Positions 20,918 to 32,419 are shown, numbered from the stretch's first letter. The stretch is DNA of 64,000 nucleotides from an uncultured Actinomycetota bacterium (GCA_963695705.1 CAVOHB010000001.1:87324-151323), one strand, 5' to 3'. Translations and numbers: made by a program. The notes: generated from the sequence alone by a model not told the origin.

Positions 20918-20942
20918 CCTGCGCTCCAGCCGTGCCGGCGTC

Positions 20943-21815
20943 TCAGCTCGCCGGAGGGTTCTCGTCCTCGTCGACCGCATCCTCAGCGACTGCGTCACTG
21001 GCGACCGCATCCTCAGCGACCGCATCCTCGGCGACTGCATCCTCAGCGACCGCGCCCTCAGCGACCGCATCCTCCGCGCCCTCAGCGACCGCATCCCCGG
21101 CGTCCCCGGTTGCAGCAACCTCCGGTGAGGCGTCCGCCACTGCGTCGTCCGGGGTCTCGGCGGGAGCGTCAGTCGCCTCGGCCGGAGCGTCCGCCACTGC
21201 GTCGTCCGCGGCCTCGGCAGGAGCGCCAGTCGCCTCGGCAGGAGCATCCGCCGCCTCGGCCGGAGCGTCATCACTGACAGTCGCATCCGTGGGCTCGGCC
21301 ACGGCATCCGCAGCCACCGGCCCCTCGTCGCCACCCGTACCCTCTGCAGCCGGAACAGCGGCAGCCGGCGCAGTCGCCGCCGCGGGAGCCGTCGCCGGGC
21401 TGGTAGCGGGCGCCGCGCTAGCCCGGGATGGCGCCCGGCTGGCCGCCGGAGCGGGGGCAAGAGCACCGACGAGCTCGATGACCGCCATCGGCGCGTTGTC
21501 ACCCTTGCGTGGGCCCAGTTTGGTGATGCGGGTATAGCCACCCGGCCGGTCGGCGAAGCGCGGCCCGATCTCCTCGAACAGGATATGCACGACACTCTTG
21601 TCGCGGATCACCGCGAGAACCTGTCGGCGGGCGTGCAGGTCCCCCCGCTTGGCCTTGCTGATCAGCCGCTCGGCCATCGGACGCAGGCGCCGCGCCTTCG
21701 CCTCGGTCGTGGTGATGCGGCCGTGCTCGAACAGGCTCTGCGCCAGGTTGGCCAGAATCAACCGCTGGTGCGCCGGGCTACCACCGAGACGGGGCCCCTT
21801 GGTGGGGGTGGGCAT
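20943..21815 (-). CDS. rplQ: 50S ribosomal protein L17 with ~165-aa acidic Ala/Asp/Glu-rich C-terminal extension
   Basis: 290 aa. The N-terminal ~120 aa ([41 protein letters not shown]) are canonical L17. The tail is built of repeats. Confidence 0.93.
   Translation of the reverse strand: MPTPTKGPRLGGSPAHQRLILANLAQSLFEHGRITTTEAKARRLRPMAERLISKAKRGDLHARRQVLAVIRDKSVVHILFEEIGPRFADRPGGYTRITKLGPRKGDNAPMAVIELVGALAPAPAASRAPSRASAAPATSPATAPAAATAPAAAVPAAEGTGGDEGPVAADAVAEPTDATVSDDAPAEAADAPAEATGAPAEAADDAVADAPAEATDAPAETPDDAVADASPEVAATGDAGDAVAEGAEDAVAEGAVAEDAVAEDAVAEDAVASDAVAEDAVDEDENPPAS
20973..21243 (-). repeat. in-frame tandem repeats in the rplQ tail (about 8 x 15 nt, then 2 x 57 nt)
   Basis: gaccgcatcctcagc-type 15-mers lie at 20973-21100 (AVAED pentapeptides). 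57-nt units lie at 21130-21186 and 21187-21243. Confidence 0.85.
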
Positions 21816-21907
21816 GAGGTTCTCCCTGGTTGCGGTGCGACGGACGTCGCGTCAGGTGATCGGCCCGGACACGCCCGTGGGTTCGGGTCGGTCCGAGCCG
21901 GTCCGGA

Positions 21908-22924
21908 TCAGTACTGCTCGGTCTCGGTGAAGCCTTCGTCGTCGTCGTCCTCGTACGCGTCGAGCACCGTGCGGGGATCGAAGCCGGGAGCGCTGTCCTT
22001 GAGGTTGAGCCCCATCTCGACGAGCTTGAGCTTCACCTCGTCGATCGACTTCGACCCGAAGTTGCGGATGTCGAGCAGGTCCTGCTCGCTGCGCGAGATC
22101 AGCTCACCAACCGTGTGGATGCCTTCGCGCTTGAGGCAGTTGTAGGACCGGACGGTCAGTTGCAGGTCCTCGATCGGCAGTGCGAGGTCGGCTGCCAGTT
22201 GCTCGTCCACCGGAGATGGGCCGATGTCGATGCCTTCCGCCTCGACATTGAGCTCGCGGGCCAGGCCGAACAGCTCGACGAGTGTCTTACCGGCCGACGC
22301 GATCGCGTCGCGGGGGCGCATCGACTGCTTGGTCTCGACATCGATGACGAGCCGGTCGAAGTCGGTACGCTGCTCGACGCGCGTGGCCTCCACCCGGTAC
22401 GTCACCTTCAGCACGGGCGAGTAGATCGAGTCCACCGGCATCCGGCCGATCTCGGCGTCGCCGCTCTTGTTCTGCACTGCGGAGACGTAGCCGCGGCCGC
22501 GTTCGACCACGAGTTCCATCTCGAGCTTGCCCTTGTCATTGAGCGTCGCCAGCTTGAGCTCGGGGTTGTGCACCTCGACGCCGGCCGGTGGTGCGATATC
22601 GGCCGCCACGACCTCCCCGGGACCCTGCTTGCGCAGGTACATCGTCACCGGCTCGTCGTGCTCGGACGAGACGACCAGCTCCTTGAGGTTCAAGATGACC
22701 TCGGTGACGTCCTCCTTGACACCGGGGATAGTCGAGAACTCGTGCAGCACGCCGTCGACCTTGATGCTGGTGACAGACGCGCCCGGGATCGACGACAGGA
22801 GAGTACGGCGCAGCGAGTTGCCGAGCGTGTATCCGAAACCGGGCTCGAGCGGCTCGATCGAGAACCGCGAACGATAGTCGTTGACGACCTCTTCGGACAG
22901 GGATGGGCGTTGGGCGATTAACAC
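21908..22924 (-). CDS. rpoA: DNA-directed RNA polymerase subunit alpha
   Basis: 338 aa, [49 protein letters not shown]. Confidence 0.97.
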   Translation of the reverse strand: MLIAQRPSLSEEVVNDYRSRFSIEPLEPGFGYTLGNSLRRTLLSSIPGASVTSIKVDGVLHEFSTIPGVKEDVTEVILNLKELVVSSEHDEPVTMYLRKQGPGEVVAADIAPPAGVEVHNPELKLATLNDKGKLEMELVVERGRGYVSAVQNKSGDAEIGRMPVDSIYSPVLKVTYRVEATRVEQRTDFDRLVIDVETKQSMRPRDAIASAGKTLVELFGLARELNVEAEGIDIGPSPVDEQLAADLALPIEDLQLTVRSYNCLKREGIHTVGELISRSEQDLLDIRNFGSKSIDEVKLKLVEMGLNLKDSAPGFDPRTVLDAYEDDDDEGFTETEQY

Positions 22925-23038
22925 TGGGACTTCCTTTCCGCGCCGCCCGCTATATGACGGTCACGAATAACAGGGAACTGACCAACCGGCGTCGATCGGC
23001 GGCGGACCCGGTTCCAGGGGGTCCGACTCCGGCAGACG

Positions 23039-23647
23039 TCACTTCTTCGAGTAATACTCCACGATGAGCTGCTCCTGGACCGGCACATCGATCTGTTGGC
23101 GTACCGGAAGCTGGTGCACCAGCACCCGCATCCGGTTGGGCAGCACTTCGAGCCAGGCCGGCACGATGCGCTCGCCGTGGGTCTCACGGGCGATGATGAA
23201 CGGCGTCATCTCCACCGACTTGGTGCGAACGTCGATGACGTCGTGGGCGGACACCTGGAAGGACGGGATGTCGACCTTCTGGCCGTTGACCTGGAAGTGT
23301 CCGTGTGACACGAGCTGGCGGCTGTGGCGGCGGGTGCGGGCGAATCCTGCCCGGTAGACCACGTTGTCCAACCGCGCCTCGAGCAGCTGGAGCAGGTTGT
23401 CGCCCGTCTTGCCGGCTCGGCGGCTCGCCTCGTGGTAGTAGCGACGGAACTGCTTCTCCAGAACGCCGTAGGTGTAGCGGGCCTTCTGCTTCTCGCGAAG
23501 CTGGAGCAGGTACTCGCTCTCCTTGATGCGCCCACGGCCGTGTTGGCCCGGTGGGTAGGGGCGCCGTTCGTACGCCTGGTCGCCTCCGACGAGGTCGACC
23601 CCCAGTCGGCGCGACTTCTTCGTCATGGGGCCGGTGTATCGGGCCAC
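23039..23647 (-). CDS. rpsD: 30S ribosomal protein S4
   Basis: 202 aa, MARYTGPMTKKSRRLGVDL. Confidence 0.96.
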   Translation of the reverse strand: MARYTGPMTKKSRRLGVDLVGGDQAYERRPYPPGQHGRGRIKESEYLLQLREKQKARYTYGVLEKQFRRYYHEASRRAGKTGDNLLQLLEARLDNVVYRAGFARTRRHSRQLVSHGHFQVNGQKVDIPSFQVSAHDVIDVRTKSVEMTPFIIARETHGERIVPAWLEVLPNRMRVLVHQLPVRQQIDVPVQEQLIVEYYSKK

Positions 23648-23681
23648 TGTCAGAGCTCCTTGAAATCTACGCGGACGGGGA

Positions 23682-24089
23682 TCAGACGCGGCGGCGCTTG
23701 GGCGGCCGGCATCCGTTGTGCGGGGTGGGGGTGACGTCCTGGATCGTCCCGACCTCCAGGCCGACGGCTCCGAGAGAGCGGATCGCGGTCTCGCGACCGG
23801 ACCCCGGGCCCTTGACGAAGACGTCGATCTTCTTCATGCCGTGCTCCATGGCCCGCCGGCCGGCGGCTTCCGCGGCCATCTGCGCGGCGAACGGAGTGGA
23901 CTTCCGGGAGCCCTTGAAGCCGACGGTTCCGGCTGAGGCCCAGGAGATGACCGCTCCCGCAGGGTCGGTCATCGTGACGATCGTGTTGTTGAACGTGCTC
24001 TTGATGTGGGCCTGGCCCACAACGACGTTCTTCTTCTCTTTGCGCCGTACCTTCTTGGCGCCGGCGGCCTGTCGGCCCTTGGGAGGCAT
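23682..24089 (-). CDS. rpsK: 30S ribosomal protein S11
   Basis: 135 aa, [18 protein letters not shown]. Confidence 0.96.
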   Translation of the reverse strand: MPPKGRQAAGAKKVRRKEKKNVVVGQAHIKSTFNNTIVTMTDPAGAVISWASAGTVGFKGSRKSTPFAAQMAAEAAGRRAMEHGMKKIDVFVKGPGSGRETAIRSLGAVGLEVGTIQDVTPTPHNGCRPPKRRRV

Positions 24090-24121
24090 CTGTCGTTACT
24101 CCTGAACGCGAGGGGACGTGG

Positions 24122-24502
24122 TCACTTCTTGCCGACCTTCTTGCGGCCAGCCACGGTGCGCTTGGGTCCCTTGCGCCCACGCGCGTTGGTGCGGGTGCGC
24201 TGGCCACGCACCGGCAGGCCGCTGCGGTGCCGGCGGCCCTGATAGCTGCCGATCTCCACCTTGCGGCGGATGTCGGCCGTCACCTCACGGCGGAGGTCAC
24301 CTTCGACCTTGTAGTTGGCTTCGATGTAGTCGCGAAGCTTGACCAGCTCCTCGTCACCGAGCTGGTGTACCCGGAGGTCACCGGAGATATCGGTGGCCTT
24401 GAGTGTTTCGAGAGCGCGGGTACGACCGATCCCGAATATGTAGGTGAGCGCTACCTCGACGCGCTTGTCGCGCGGCAGGTCGACGCCAACGAGGCGTGCC
24501 AT
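24122..24502 (-). CDS. rpsM: 30S ribosomal protein S13
   Basis: 126 aa from [26 protein letters not shown]. The ORF-track start 16 codons upstream was rejected. Confidence 0.93.
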   Translation of the reverse strand: MARLVGVDLPRDKRVEVALTYIFGIGRTRALETLKATDISGDLRVHQLGDEELVKLRDYIEANYKVEGDLRREVTADIRRKVEIGSYQGRRHRSGLPVRGQRTRTNARGRKGPKRTVAGRKKVGKK

Positions 24503-24709
24503 AGGGCAGATGTTCCTTCCGTGTCCGCGGAGGTGTCTGGCGTGTCGCATCCCCGCCCGCCCCGAGAAGCAGACGATAGGTCCATTTCCCTGGCAGGGCC
24601 CCGGCCTCCGGACCGGGGGTTACACCTGCGACGAGTCGCAGATGAGCGGCCACGCTCTTGGGTGACGGTCAGCTGACGCTCACTGTCGTCGTTCTGCTCC
24701 AACTGACCA

Positions 24710-24823
24710 TCAGCCTTGGCGCTGCTTGTGGCGTGGGTTCGAGCAGATCACCATGACCCGGCCGTTTCGCCGGATCACCTTGCACTTGTCACAAATCGGC
24801 TTGACGCTCGGGTTGACCTTCAT
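24710..24823 (-). CDS. rpmJ: 50S ribosomal protein L36
   Basis: Not in the ORF track because it is under 60 aa. The reverse complement translates [37 protein letters not shown] followed by TGA. Confidence 0.93.
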   Translation of the reverse strand: MKVNPSVKPICDKCKVIRRNGRVMVICSNPRHKQRQG

Positions 24824-24903
24824 CGAGCTCTCCATCGATACGCCCGGGAGGGCTGCAGGGTTGCTACTTGCTCAGCGGGTGTGCGGTTGTCGGATTTCAT
24901 GGG

Positions 24904-25125
24904 CTACTTGTAGCGGTAGACGATGCGGCCACGAGTGAGGTCGTACGGCGAGAGCTCCACCACGACCCGGTCCTCTGGAAGGATCCGGATGTAGTGCTGG
25001 CGCATCTTGCCGCTGATGTGAGCGAGGACCTTGTGTCCGTTGGTCAGCTCGACTCTGAACATCGCGTTCGGGAGCGCTTCGACCACCGTGCCCTCGATCT
25101 CGATGACGCCTTCCTTCTTGGGCAT
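24904..25125 (-). CDS. infA: translation initiation factor IF-1
   Basis: 73 aa, [54 protein letters not shown]. Confidence 0.96.
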   Translation of the reverse strand: MPKKEGVIEIEGTVVEALPNAMFRVELTNGHKVLAHISGKMRQHYIRILPEDRVVVELSPYDLTRGRIVYRYK

Positions 25126-25275
25126 GTCCTCCGCAATCTGTAGCCTGTGGTGCCTGACGTGGTGCGTGTGTGTTGCTGGGCCGGTTGACGTTCTGGGCGC
25201 ACTATCCATCCCCGTACACCATCGCGGGGGCAGCCGTGGGGCAGCACAGACAGACCGCAAACCGGCCGACGCACC

Positions 25276-25305
25276 AGTCTACGCCAGTTGCCAGGCCCGA
25301 TCCAA
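25276..25305 (-). promoter_or_regulatory. candidate infA promoter (-35 TTGGAT, 18 nt, -10 TAGACT)
   Basis: Hexamer match on the minus strand about 150 nt upstream of infA. Weak evidence. Confidence 0.3.
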
Positions 25306-25318
25306 TCGGCGATCGCGC

Positions 25319-25735
25319 TCAGCTGGGGCGGGCCAGGCCACGCCGTCCCGACCGCCAATGACGCAGGACTCCGACGATAGCCCAGACAACGAGCACCCAG
25401 AGCGGCCAGAACGGGAACAGGTGGCCGGAGACGATCACGCTGACGAACCAGATCACGGTGCAGATCGCAAAGATGCGCAGCCACTTCCCTGGATGCGATC
25501 GCCGGCTTCCCCACGCGGAAGCGCCGCGAGCGGTCGGCGTGGACATCGGGCGTGGCGGAACGGATGGCCGGAGGATGCGAAGATCGGCCACAATGGGGGC
25601 GAGCTCGCCGTAGGTCGCAGCCGAGTAGAGATCGTCGAGCCGTAGCGAGAACTCGTCATACGACAGCCGCCCGTCCGCATGGGCGTCGCGAAGCTTGGCC
25701 GCGACCGCGTCGCGTTCGACCTCGGAGAATCGCAT
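25319..25735 (-). CDS. DUF1707 domain membrane protein
   Basis: MRFSEVERDAVAAKLRDAHADGRLSYDEFSLRLDDLYSAATYGELAPIVADL matches the DUF1707 N-terminal pattern. Two C-terminal hydrophobic helices follow. An alternative GTG start at 25765 (ORF track) is possible. Confidence 0.7.
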   Translation of the reverse strand: MRFSEVERDAVAAKLRDAHADGRLSYDEFSLRLDDLYSAATYGELAPIVADLRILRPSVPPRPMSTPTARGASAWGSRRSHPGKWLRIFAICTVIWFVSVIVSGHLFPFWPLWVLVVWAIVGVLRHWRSGRRGLARPS

Positions 25736-25963
25736 GCCGGGCTGGTAACGAGAGTTTTGGTCCACGTCGTCATCGTCGTCCCAGCACCGCGTGGATGACA
25801 GCGGGGATGACCCTGAGCCGACCCGTAACGGACCCTGAGCATCGTCGCCAGCGGGTTTGCGCCCAACAACTGTCGGCTCGCGTGCCGACGGACGCTCCTA
25901 TTCGTGGCCATCATCGGCGTGCCACCTTGTCGGATCGCGTGCAACAAGTGTCTGATCGCGGGT

Positions 25964-26800
25964 TCAGCAGGAGGCCGGGCCGCCGTACGGTACGCCGAGC
26001 TCGAGCAGCTTCGACCTGCCGCCGTCCAGGGCCGTGAGGACCCACGCGCCGGTGTCGGTCAGCGTGAACGTGTGCTCGAAATGGGCCGCCCACGACCCGT
26101 CGGCGGTGACGACGGTCCAGTCGTCCTCCAGGGTCGCCGTCTCGTGGCTGCCCAGGATCACCATCGGCTCGACCGCGAGAGCGAGCCCCTTCACCAGCCG
26201 AGGACCCCTGCCGGGTCGACCGTAGTTGGGCACGTTCGGCGGCTGGTGCATGGCCGACCCGATGCCGTGCCCGACATACTCCTCGACGATTCCGTAGTCG
26301 CCGCAGGAGCGGACGTACGACTCGACGGCGGCGGAGATGTCGCTGACCCGGCCACCGAGCCTGGCGGCGGCGAAGCCGCGCCACATGGACTCCTCACAGA
26401 CGCGCATCAGCTCGACGTGCTCGTCACGGACATGTCCGATCGGCACCGTGATCGCCGCGTCGCCGTGCCATCCGTCCACGATGGCTCCGCAGTCGATCGA
26501 CAGCAGGTCGCCCTCGTGGAGCTGCCGGGCACCCGGGATCCCGTGCACGACCTCGTTGTTGACCGATGTGCAGATCGACGCCGGGAAGCCGTGGTAGCCC
26601 TTGAACGACGGCTGCGCGTCGCAGGACCGGATGTGCTCCTCAGCGATCGCATCGAGCTCCCCGGTCGACACACCCGGCCTCGCCGACGACCTCAGCAGCT
26701 GCAGCGCCGTCCCGACGACCATCCCGGCACGCCTCATCAAGGCGACCTGGTCGGCCGTCTTGATCTCGATACCTCGCTCGCGCAGCATCGGCCGACTCAC
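25964..26800 (-). CDS. map: type I methionyl aminopeptidase
   Basis: 278 aa with FKGYHGFPASICTSVNNEVVHGIPG and DCGAIVDGWHGD metal-site motifs. Confidence 0.95.
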   Translation of the reverse strand: MSRPMLRERGIEIKTADQVALMRRAGMVVGTALQLLRSSARPGVSTGELDAIAEEHIRSCDAQPSFKGYHGFPASICTSVNNEVVHGIPGARQLHEGDLLSIDCGAIVDGWHGDAAITVPIGHVRDEHVELMRVCEESMWRGFAAARLGGRVSDISAAVESYVRSCGDYGIVEEYVGHGIGSAMHQPPNVPNYGRPGRGPRLVKGLALAVEPMVILGSHETATLEDDWTVVTADGSWAAHFEHTFTLTDTGAWVLTALDGGRSKLLELGVPYGGPASC

Positions 26801-27451
26801 TCAGGCGGACTGGCGCAGGGCGGCGATGGCCCGCTCGGCGACCTCGTCCACCGAACCGGTCGCCTCGATGCTCACCAGCAGGCCGTGTGACGCGTAGTGC
26901 GCCATCAGTGGCTGGGTCTGCTCCGCGTAGACATCGAGCCGGCGGCTGATGGTCTCGGGCATGTCGTCGTCGCGCTGGAACAGCTCCGAACCACAGAGGT
27001 CGCAGACACCCTCGACCTTGGGCGGGTCGAACTCCAGGTGCCACAGGTGAGAGCACTTTCGGCACGTACGCCGGCCGGCCAGCCGGCGGATGACCTGCTC
27101 GTCGTCCATCCGGAGCTCCAGCACGACATCGAGTGGCTTGCCGGCTTCGTCCAGGGTCTTGGTGAGCGCCACGGCCTGCGGCACCGTGCGGGGGAAGCCG
27201 TCCAGCAGGAACCCGGGGGCCGTGTCGTCCTCGGCGAGCCGATCACGGACCATCGCGACAGTCACCTCGTCGGGCACCAGGTCGCCGGCATCCATGTACT
27301 TCTTCGCCTCGACACCCATCTCGGTGGCCGCGCTGACGTTGGCCCGGAAGATCTCGCCGGTCGAGATTGGCGGAATGGCGAACTTCGCGGAGATGAACTT
27401 CGCCTGCGTACCCTTGCCGGCGCCGGGAGGACCCACCAGGACGATCCGCAT
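26801..27451 (-). CDS. adk: adenylate kinase
   Basis: 216 aa from [17 protein letters not shown] with a Zn-lid (CRKC...CDLC). The start overlaps the secY stop (TGATG). Confidence 0.95.
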   Translation of the reverse strand: MRIVLVGPPGAGKGTQAKFISAKFAIPPISTGEIFRANVSAATEMGVEAKKYMDAGDLVPDEVTVAMVRDRLAEDDTAPGFLLDGFPRTVPQAVALTKTLDEAGKPLDVVLELRMDDEQVIRRLAGRRTCRKCSHLWHLEFDPPKVEGVCDLCGSELFQRDDDMPETISRRLDVYAEQTQPLMAHYASHGLLVSIEATGSVDEVAERAIAALRQSA

Positions 27452-28752
27452 CAGCGCAGGAAACCTTCGTAGTTGCGCTGCTGGAGCTGACTCTCGATCT
27501 GCTTGACGGTGTCGAGACCCACGCCCACGATGATGAGGATGGACGTCCCGCCGAAGGGGAAGTTCTGGTTGGCGTTGATGAGGACGAACGCGATCAGCGG
27601 GATCAACGAGATCATCCCCAGATACAGCGCGCCGGGCAGTGTGATGCGCGACAGCACGTACGCCAGGTAGTCCTCGGTCGGCTTGCCGGCCCTGATCCCC
27701 GGGATGAAACCGCCGTACTTCTTCATGTTGTCGGCGACCTCCTCGGGGTTGAAGGTGATCGCGACATAGAAGTACGTGAAGAAGATGATCAGCAGGAAGT
27801 AGGTGAGCATGTAGATCGGGTGGTCGCCGCGGACGAAGTGCTCCTGGGCCCAGACCGCCCACGGCGCGGTGGGGTTGAACTGCGCGGCGAGCGCCGGCAG
27901 GTACAGCAGGCTGGAGGCGAAGATGACCGGGATGACGCCGGCCTGGTTGACCTTGAGCGGGATGTACGTCGACGTGCCACCGAACATCTTGCGGCCCACC
28001 ATCCGCCGCGCGTACTGCACGGGGATCCGCCGCTGCGCCTGTTCGATGAAGATCACCGCAGCGATGATCACCAGCCCGATCGCGATGATCAGGAAGAACA
28101 GGATCCAGCCCTGGGCGCCCGGGTGAGCCTGCTTGATGCCCCACAGCGACGTGGGGAACCTCGAGGCGATCGAGGTGAAGATCAGGATCGACATGCCGTT
28201 GCCGATCCCCCGGTCGGTGATGTTCTCACCGAGCCACATGATGACGCCCGTGCCGGCGGTCATCGTGACGACCATCATGATCACCGTGAACATGCGGTCG
28301 TCGACCAACAGCGGAAGGTCGCAACCGGTGAACAGGTTCCCCGACCGCGCCAACGCCACGATGCCGGTGGACTGCAGGATCGCCAGTGCCAGCGTCAGAT
28401 ATCGGGTGTACTGGGTGATCTTGGACTGGCCGGCCTGGCCCTCCTTCTTCAGGGTCTCCAGGCGCGGGATCACCACCGTCAGCAGCTGGAGGATGATGCT
28501 CGCGGTGATGTAGGGCATGATCCCGAGCGCGAACACCGCCAGCTGCAGCAGCGCGCCGCCGGAGAACAGGTTGATCAGGCTGTAGAGGCCCTGGTTCTGC
28601 ACGTCGTTCAGGCACTGGTCGACGTTCGGAACGTTCACGCCGGGGGTCGGCACCACCGAGCCCAGCCGGAAGACCGCGATGATGAACAGCACGAACAGCA
28701 ACTTGCGTCGCAGATCCGGCGTACGGAACGCGTTGGCGAAGGCGCCTAGCAC
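27451..28752 (-). CDS. secY: preprotein translocase subunit SecY
   Basis: 433 aa with multiple TM segments, [22 protein letters not shown]. Confidence 0.96.
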   Translation of the reverse strand: MLGAFANAFRTPDLRRKLLFVLFIIAVFRLGSVVPTPGVNVPNVDQCLNDVQNQGLYSLINLFSGGALLQLAVFALGIMPYITASIILQLLTVVIPRLETLKKEGQAGQSKITQYTRYLTLALAILQSTGIVALARSGNLFTGCDLPLLVDDRMFTVIMMVVTMTAGTGVIMWLGENITDRGIGNGMSILIFTSIASRFPTSLWGIKQAHPGAQGWILFFLIIAIGLVIIAAVIFIEQAQRRIPVQYARRMVGRKMFGGTSTYIPLKVNQAGVIPVIFASSLLYLPALAAQFNPTAPWAVWAQEHFVRGDHPIYMLTYFLLIIFFTYFYVAITFNPEEVADNMKKYGGFIPGIRAGKPTEDYLAYVLSRITLPGALYLGMISLIPLIAFVLINANQNFPFGGTSILIIVGVGLDTVKQIESQLQQRNYEGFLR

Positions 28753-28970
28753 CGATTCCTCCCACGGGTGACCCCTGCTCCGGGGGCCTCGGACGTCGTC
28801 TCGCAGCCGGGCTCACCGGGATCTGCGGCCGGTGAGTCAACTATCGGACAATAACAGCAAACAGCCCTTCCCCCGGCATCGACGGCGAAGCCGGGCCCGC
28901 GGTCCGACCCCCGTTCAGACCTCACGTACACCCCTGTCATCCACCCGTCCGGACCCCGCTCGGGGGCTGG

Positions 28971-29411
28971 TCAGACCTCCGTGGCGGTACCGCCGACGGC
29001 CTCGATCTTCTGCTTGGCGGACCTGGAGAACGCGTTCGCGGTGACGTCGAGGGCGACCGTGACCTCGCCCGACCCGAGCACCTTCACCGGCTCGCCGGGA
29101 CGGACCGCACCACGTGCGGCCAGGTCGACGGTCGTGACCTCGCCACCGTCTGGATACAGCGCCGACAGCCGGTCGAGGTTGACCACCTGGAACTCCACCC
29201 GGAACGGGCTGGTGAACCCCTTGAGCTTGGGCACCCGCATGTGCAGCGGCATCTGGCCGCCCTCGAACCGGGCGGAGACCTGGGTGCGGGCCTTGCTGCC
29301 CTTGGTGCCGCGACCCGCGGTCTTGCCCTTGCCGCCCTGGCCACGACCCACCCTGGTCTTGGGGGTCTTGGCGCCCGGGGCGGGGCGTAGGTGATGGACC
29401 CTGAGGGTCAT
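28971..29411 (-). CDS. rplO: 50S ribosomal protein L15
   Basis: 146 aa, [31 protein letters not shown]. Confidence 0.95.
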   Translation of the reverse strand: MTLRVHHLRPAPGAKTPKTRVGRGQGGKGKTAGRGTKGSKARTQVSARFEGGQMPLHMRVPKLKGFTSPFRVEFQVVNLDRLSALYPDGGEVTTVDLAARGAVRPGEPVKVLGSGEVTVALDVTANAFSRSAKQKIEAVGGTATEV

Positions 29412-29412
29412 G

Positions 29413-29595
29413 TCAGTCGACCTCCTCGACGCTGATCAGGTGCGGGATCGTCGCGAGCATCCCGCGGATCTCGGGGCGATCCTCCTTGACCACGACGTCG
29501 CCGATCCGCTTCAGACCGAGCGAACGCAGGGTCTGCCGTTGGTTCTGCTTCCGGCCGATGCCGGACCGCGTCTGGCGGACCTTCAGGCGTCCCAT
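29413..29595 (-). CDS. rpmD: 50S ribosomal protein L30
   Basis: 60 aa from [28 protein letters not shown]. The start overlaps the rpsE stop. Confidence 0.92.
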   Translation of the reverse strand: MGRLKVRQTRSGIGRKQNQRQTLRSLGLKRIGDVVVKEDRPEIRGMLATIPHLISVEEVD

Positions 29596-30191
29596 CACTG
29601 AGCCACCTCCGCGCGGGCCTTGAGCAGCGCCGCTGGGGTGACGTGCTCGACGGACAGGCCGCGGCGGGCCGCGACCGCCTCGGGCTGCTCGAGACTCCGC
29701 AGCGCCGTCTCGGTCGCGTGCACGATGTTGATCGCGTTGGACGAGCCGAGCGACTTGCTGAGCACGTCGCGGATGCCGGCGCATTCGAGGACCGCGCGGA
29801 CGGGTCCGCCCGCGATCACCCCGGTACCGGGAGCCGCGGGGCGCAGCAGCACAACGCCGGCGGCCTTCTCTCCCTGGACCGGGTGGGGGATGGTGCCCTG
29901 GATCCTCGGCACCTTGAAGAAGCTCTTCTTCGCCTCCTCGACGCCCTTGGCGATCGCCGCGGGCACCTCCTTGGCCTTGCCGTACCCGATGCCCACCATG
30001 CCGTCGCCGTCACCGACGACGACCAGGGCGGTGAAGCTGAAGCGACGACCGCCCTTGACGACCTTGGCGACGCGGTTGATCGCGACGACACGCTCGATGT
30101 AGGCGGCTTTGTCCGCCGCTCCGCCGCGACGATCGTCGCGGCCACGACGCTCGCCACCGGCACCGCCACTGCGGCGCTGGGGTCCGCTCAT
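29595..30191 (-). CDS. rpsE: 30S ribosomal protein S5
   Basis: 198 aa, [28 protein letters not shown]. Confidence 0.96.
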   Translation of the reverse strand: MSGPQRRSGGAGGERRGRDDRRGGAADKAAYIERVVAINRVAKVVKGGRRFSFTALVVVGDGDGMVGIGYGKAKEVPAAIAKGVEEAKKSFFKVPRIQGTIPHPVQGEKAAGVVLLRPAAPGTGVIAGGPVRAVLECAGIRDVLSKSLGSSNAINIVHATETALRSLEQPEAVAARRGLSVEHVTPAALLKARAEVAQ

Positions 30192-30222
30192 TCGAACTAC
30201 CTTCTCTCTGTCGGGTCGTACA

Positions 30223-30606
30223 TCAGAACGTCAGACCGGTCTTGCGGGCGCCGTCGGCCACGGCGGCGACCCGCCCGTGGTAGCGGTGTCCGGCGCGGTC
30301 GAAGACCACGCTGTCGATACCGGCCGCCTTGGCCCGCTCGGCCGCGAGCTCGCCCACCCTGGTCGCCTTGGCGGTCTTGTCACCCTCCAGGGTACGGACG
30401 TCGGCTTCCATCGTGCTCGCCGAGACGAGCGTGCGGCCGGCAACGTCGTCGATGACCTGGGCGGAGATGTGCCGGCTGGACCGGGTCACGACCAGGCGCG
30501 GACGCTCGGTCGTACCGGAGATCTTCTTGCGCACCCGCACCTGTCGGCGCAGCCGCGAAGCCGTCTTGTCGGCTGTGTGCTTGCTGTGTCGGACACCGAT
30601 TGCCAC
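30223..30606 (-). CDS. rplR: 50S ribosomal protein L18
   Basis: 127 aa, [20 protein letters not shown]. Confidence 0.95.
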   Translation of the reverse strand: MAIGVRHSKHTADKTASRLRRQVRVRKKISGTTERPRLVVTRSSRHISAQVIDDVAGRTLVSASTMEADVRTLEGDKTAKATRVGELAAERAKAAGIDSVVFDRAGHRYHGRVAAVADGARKTGLTF

Positions 30607-30609
30607 GGT

Positions 30610-31152
30610 CTACTTACCAGCCTTTCCGACCTTGCGGCGGACCTGCTCGCCCGCGTAGCGGATGCCCTTGCCCTTGTAGGGCTCGGGCTTGCGCAGCTTG
30701 CGGATGTTGGCGGCCACCTCGCCGACCTGCTGCTTGTCGATGCCCTGGACGGCCAGCCTGGTCGGCGACTCGACCGTGAACGTGACACCGTCCGGCGCGT
30801 CGAAGGTGATCGAGTGGCTGTAGCCGAGCGCGAACTCCAGCTGGGTCGGACCTCTCGACTGCACCCGGTATCCCACGCCGACGATCTCGAGCTTCTTCTC
30901 ATACCCGGTGGTGACACCGGCCACCATGTTGGCGACCAGCGTGCGTGACAGGCCGTGCAGCGCCTTGCTCTCGCGCTCGTCGTTCGGCCGCTTGAGCTCG
31001 AGCGCACCGTCACCGTCGCGGGCGACGTCGATCGGCGCGGCGACCGTGTGTGACAACGTGCCCCTCGGCCCCTTCACGGTGACCGTGCGACCGTCGATGG
31101 CCACATCGACACCTGAGGGCACGGCGACGGGGAGCTTACCGATACGTGACAT
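30610..31152 (-). CDS. rplF: 50S ribosomal protein L6
   Basis: 180 aa, [17 protein letters not shown]. Confidence 0.96.
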   Translation of the reverse strand: MSRIGKLPVAVPSGVDVAIDGRTVTVKGPRGTLSHTVAAPIDVARDGDGALELKRPNDERESKALHGLSRTLVANMVAGVTTGYEKKLEIVGVGYRVQSRGPTQLEFALGYSHSITFDAPDGVTFTVESPTRLAVQGIDKQQVGEVAANIRKLRKPEPYKGKGIRYAGEQVRRKVGKAGK

Positions 31153-31170
31153 GTTCCTGGTCTCCTTCCG

Positions 31171-31578
31171 TCACCAGACGTAGGCGAGGACTTCTCCGCC
31201 TACACCCTTGTAGTTGGCCTGACGGTCGGTGAGCAGGCCCTGCGAGGTCGAGATGATCGCGACGCCGAGCCCGCCGAGCACTCTCGGCAGGTTGGTCGAC
31301 TTGGCGTAGACCCGCAGTCCCGGCTTGCTGATCCTGCGGACCCCCGCCAGCGAACGCTCCCGGCTGGGACCGTACTTGAGCGAGAGCACGAGGGACCTGC
31401 CGACCGCGCCGGCCTCCGGCTCCTCGACCCGCCAGGAGCCGATGTAGCCCTCCTGCTGCAGGATCTCGGCCACGCCCGCCTTCAGCTTGCTGTAGGGCAT
31501 GGCCACGTCGTCGTGGTACGCCTGGTTCGCGTTGCGCAGCCGCGTCAGCATGTCTGCGATGGGGTCTGTCATGGTCAT
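31171..31578 (-). CDS. rpsH: 30S ribosomal protein S8
   Basis: 135 aa from [20 protein letters not shown]. Confidence 0.94.
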   Translation of the reverse strand: MTMTDPIADMLTRLRNANQAYHDDVAMPYSKLKAGVAEILQQEGYIGSWRVEEPEAGAVGRSLVLSLKYGPSRERSLAGVRRISKPGLRVYAKSTNLPRVLGGLGVAIISTSQGLLTDRQANYKGVGGEVLAYVW

Positions 31579-31660
31579 GGGCCTAGGGCCTCTTTCCGGC
31601 CGTGGTTTCGCGCCGCTGCCTGGCAGCGGGCACGACCTTCGGCGATCGAAGAAATGGGAA

Positions 31661-31846
31661 CTACCAGCTGCTCTTGGTGATGCCGGGCAGCTCGCCACGA
31701 TGTGCCATCTCACGAAGGCAGATGCGGCAGAGGCCGAACTTGCGGTAGACCGCCTTCGGCCGCCCGCAGCGCTGGCATCGGGTGTAGCCGCGAACCTTGA
31801 ACTTCGGTTTGCGCGCCGCTTTGACTCTCAGTGCTGTCTTTGCCAT
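31661..31846 (-). CDS. rpsN: 30S ribosomal protein S14, zinc-binding type Z
   Basis: 61 aa with CQRC...CRIC zinc ribbon, ending KSSW. Confidence 0.95.
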   Translation of the reverse strand: MAKTALRVKAARKPKFKVRGYTRCQRCGRPKAVYRKFGLCRICLREMAHRGELPGITKSSW

Positions 31847-31849
31847 CGC

Positions 31850-32419
31850 TCAGGACTCCTTGAACGGAAAGCCGAGATGCCGCAGCAGCGCCCGACCCTC
31901 CTCGTCATTGCTGGCTGTCGTCACGACCGTGATGTCCATTCCCCGTGAACGGTCGATCCGGTCCTGGTCGATCTCGTGGAACATCACCTGCTCGGTCAGG
32001 CCGAACGTGTAGTTGCCGCGCCCGTCGAACTGCCGCGGAGAGAGCCCGCGGAAGTCACGGATGCGGGGCAGCGCCAACGTCAGCACGCGGTCGAGGAACT
32101 CCCACATCCGGTCGCCGCGCAGCGTCACGTGGGCGCCGATCGGCATCCCCTCGCGCAGCTTGAACTGTGCGATGGACTTCCGGGCCCGCGTGACGGACGG
32201 CTTCTGTCCGGTGATCGCGGTCAGGTCGCGCACCGCCCCCTCGATCAGCTTGGAGTCCCGGGCCGCCTCGCCGACGCCCATGTTGACCACGATCTTGGTC
32301 AGGCCGGGCACCTGCATGACGTTGGCGAAGCCGAACTCCTGTCGCAGGGCCGGCAGGATCTCCTCGCGGTAGCGGACCTTGAACCGTGGCATGGTGCGTT
32401 CGCTCTGCGTCGTGGTCAT
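31850..32419 (-). CDS. rplE: 50S ribosomal protein L5
   Basis: 189 aa, [28 protein letters not shown]. Confidence 0.96.
   Translation of the reverse strand: MTTTQSERTMPRFKVRYREEILPALRQEFGFANVMQVPGLTKIVVNMGVGEAARDSKLIEGAVRDLTAITGQKPSVTRARKSIAQFKLREGMPIGAHVTLRGDRMWEFLDRVLTLALPRIRDFRGLSPRQFDGRGNYTFGLTEQVMFHEIDQDRIDRSRGMDITVVTTASNDEEGRALLRHLGFPFKES

Noticed and set aside
20943-21330. Periodic direct repeats in the rplQ and rplJ (53767-53925) regions that superficially resemble a CRISPR-like or satellite array.
   Set aside because: The units are contiguous without unique spacers, have lengths that are multiples of 3 (15, 27, 57 nt), and lie in frame within ribosomal protein genes encoding low-complexity tails. 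No cas genes are present in the window.
20918-21595. The truA reading frame stays open through the whole rplQ tail (RMRSLRMRS... repeats), suggesting a possible L17-TruA frameshift fusion or a much longer TruA.
   Set aside because: The open frame is explained by the repetitive GC-rich tail sequence lacking stops in that frame. TruA homology starts at [11 protein letters not shown], right after the rplQ stop, with a GGAG-spaced GTG. No slippery site was seen.
25453-25947. 164-aa minus-strand ORF overlapping the DUF1707 gene and the map-proximal spacer.
   Set aside because: It is out of frame with the DUF1707 gene, which has a clear family N-terminus and TM helices. Its composition is Arg/Ser/Thr-rich with no motif.
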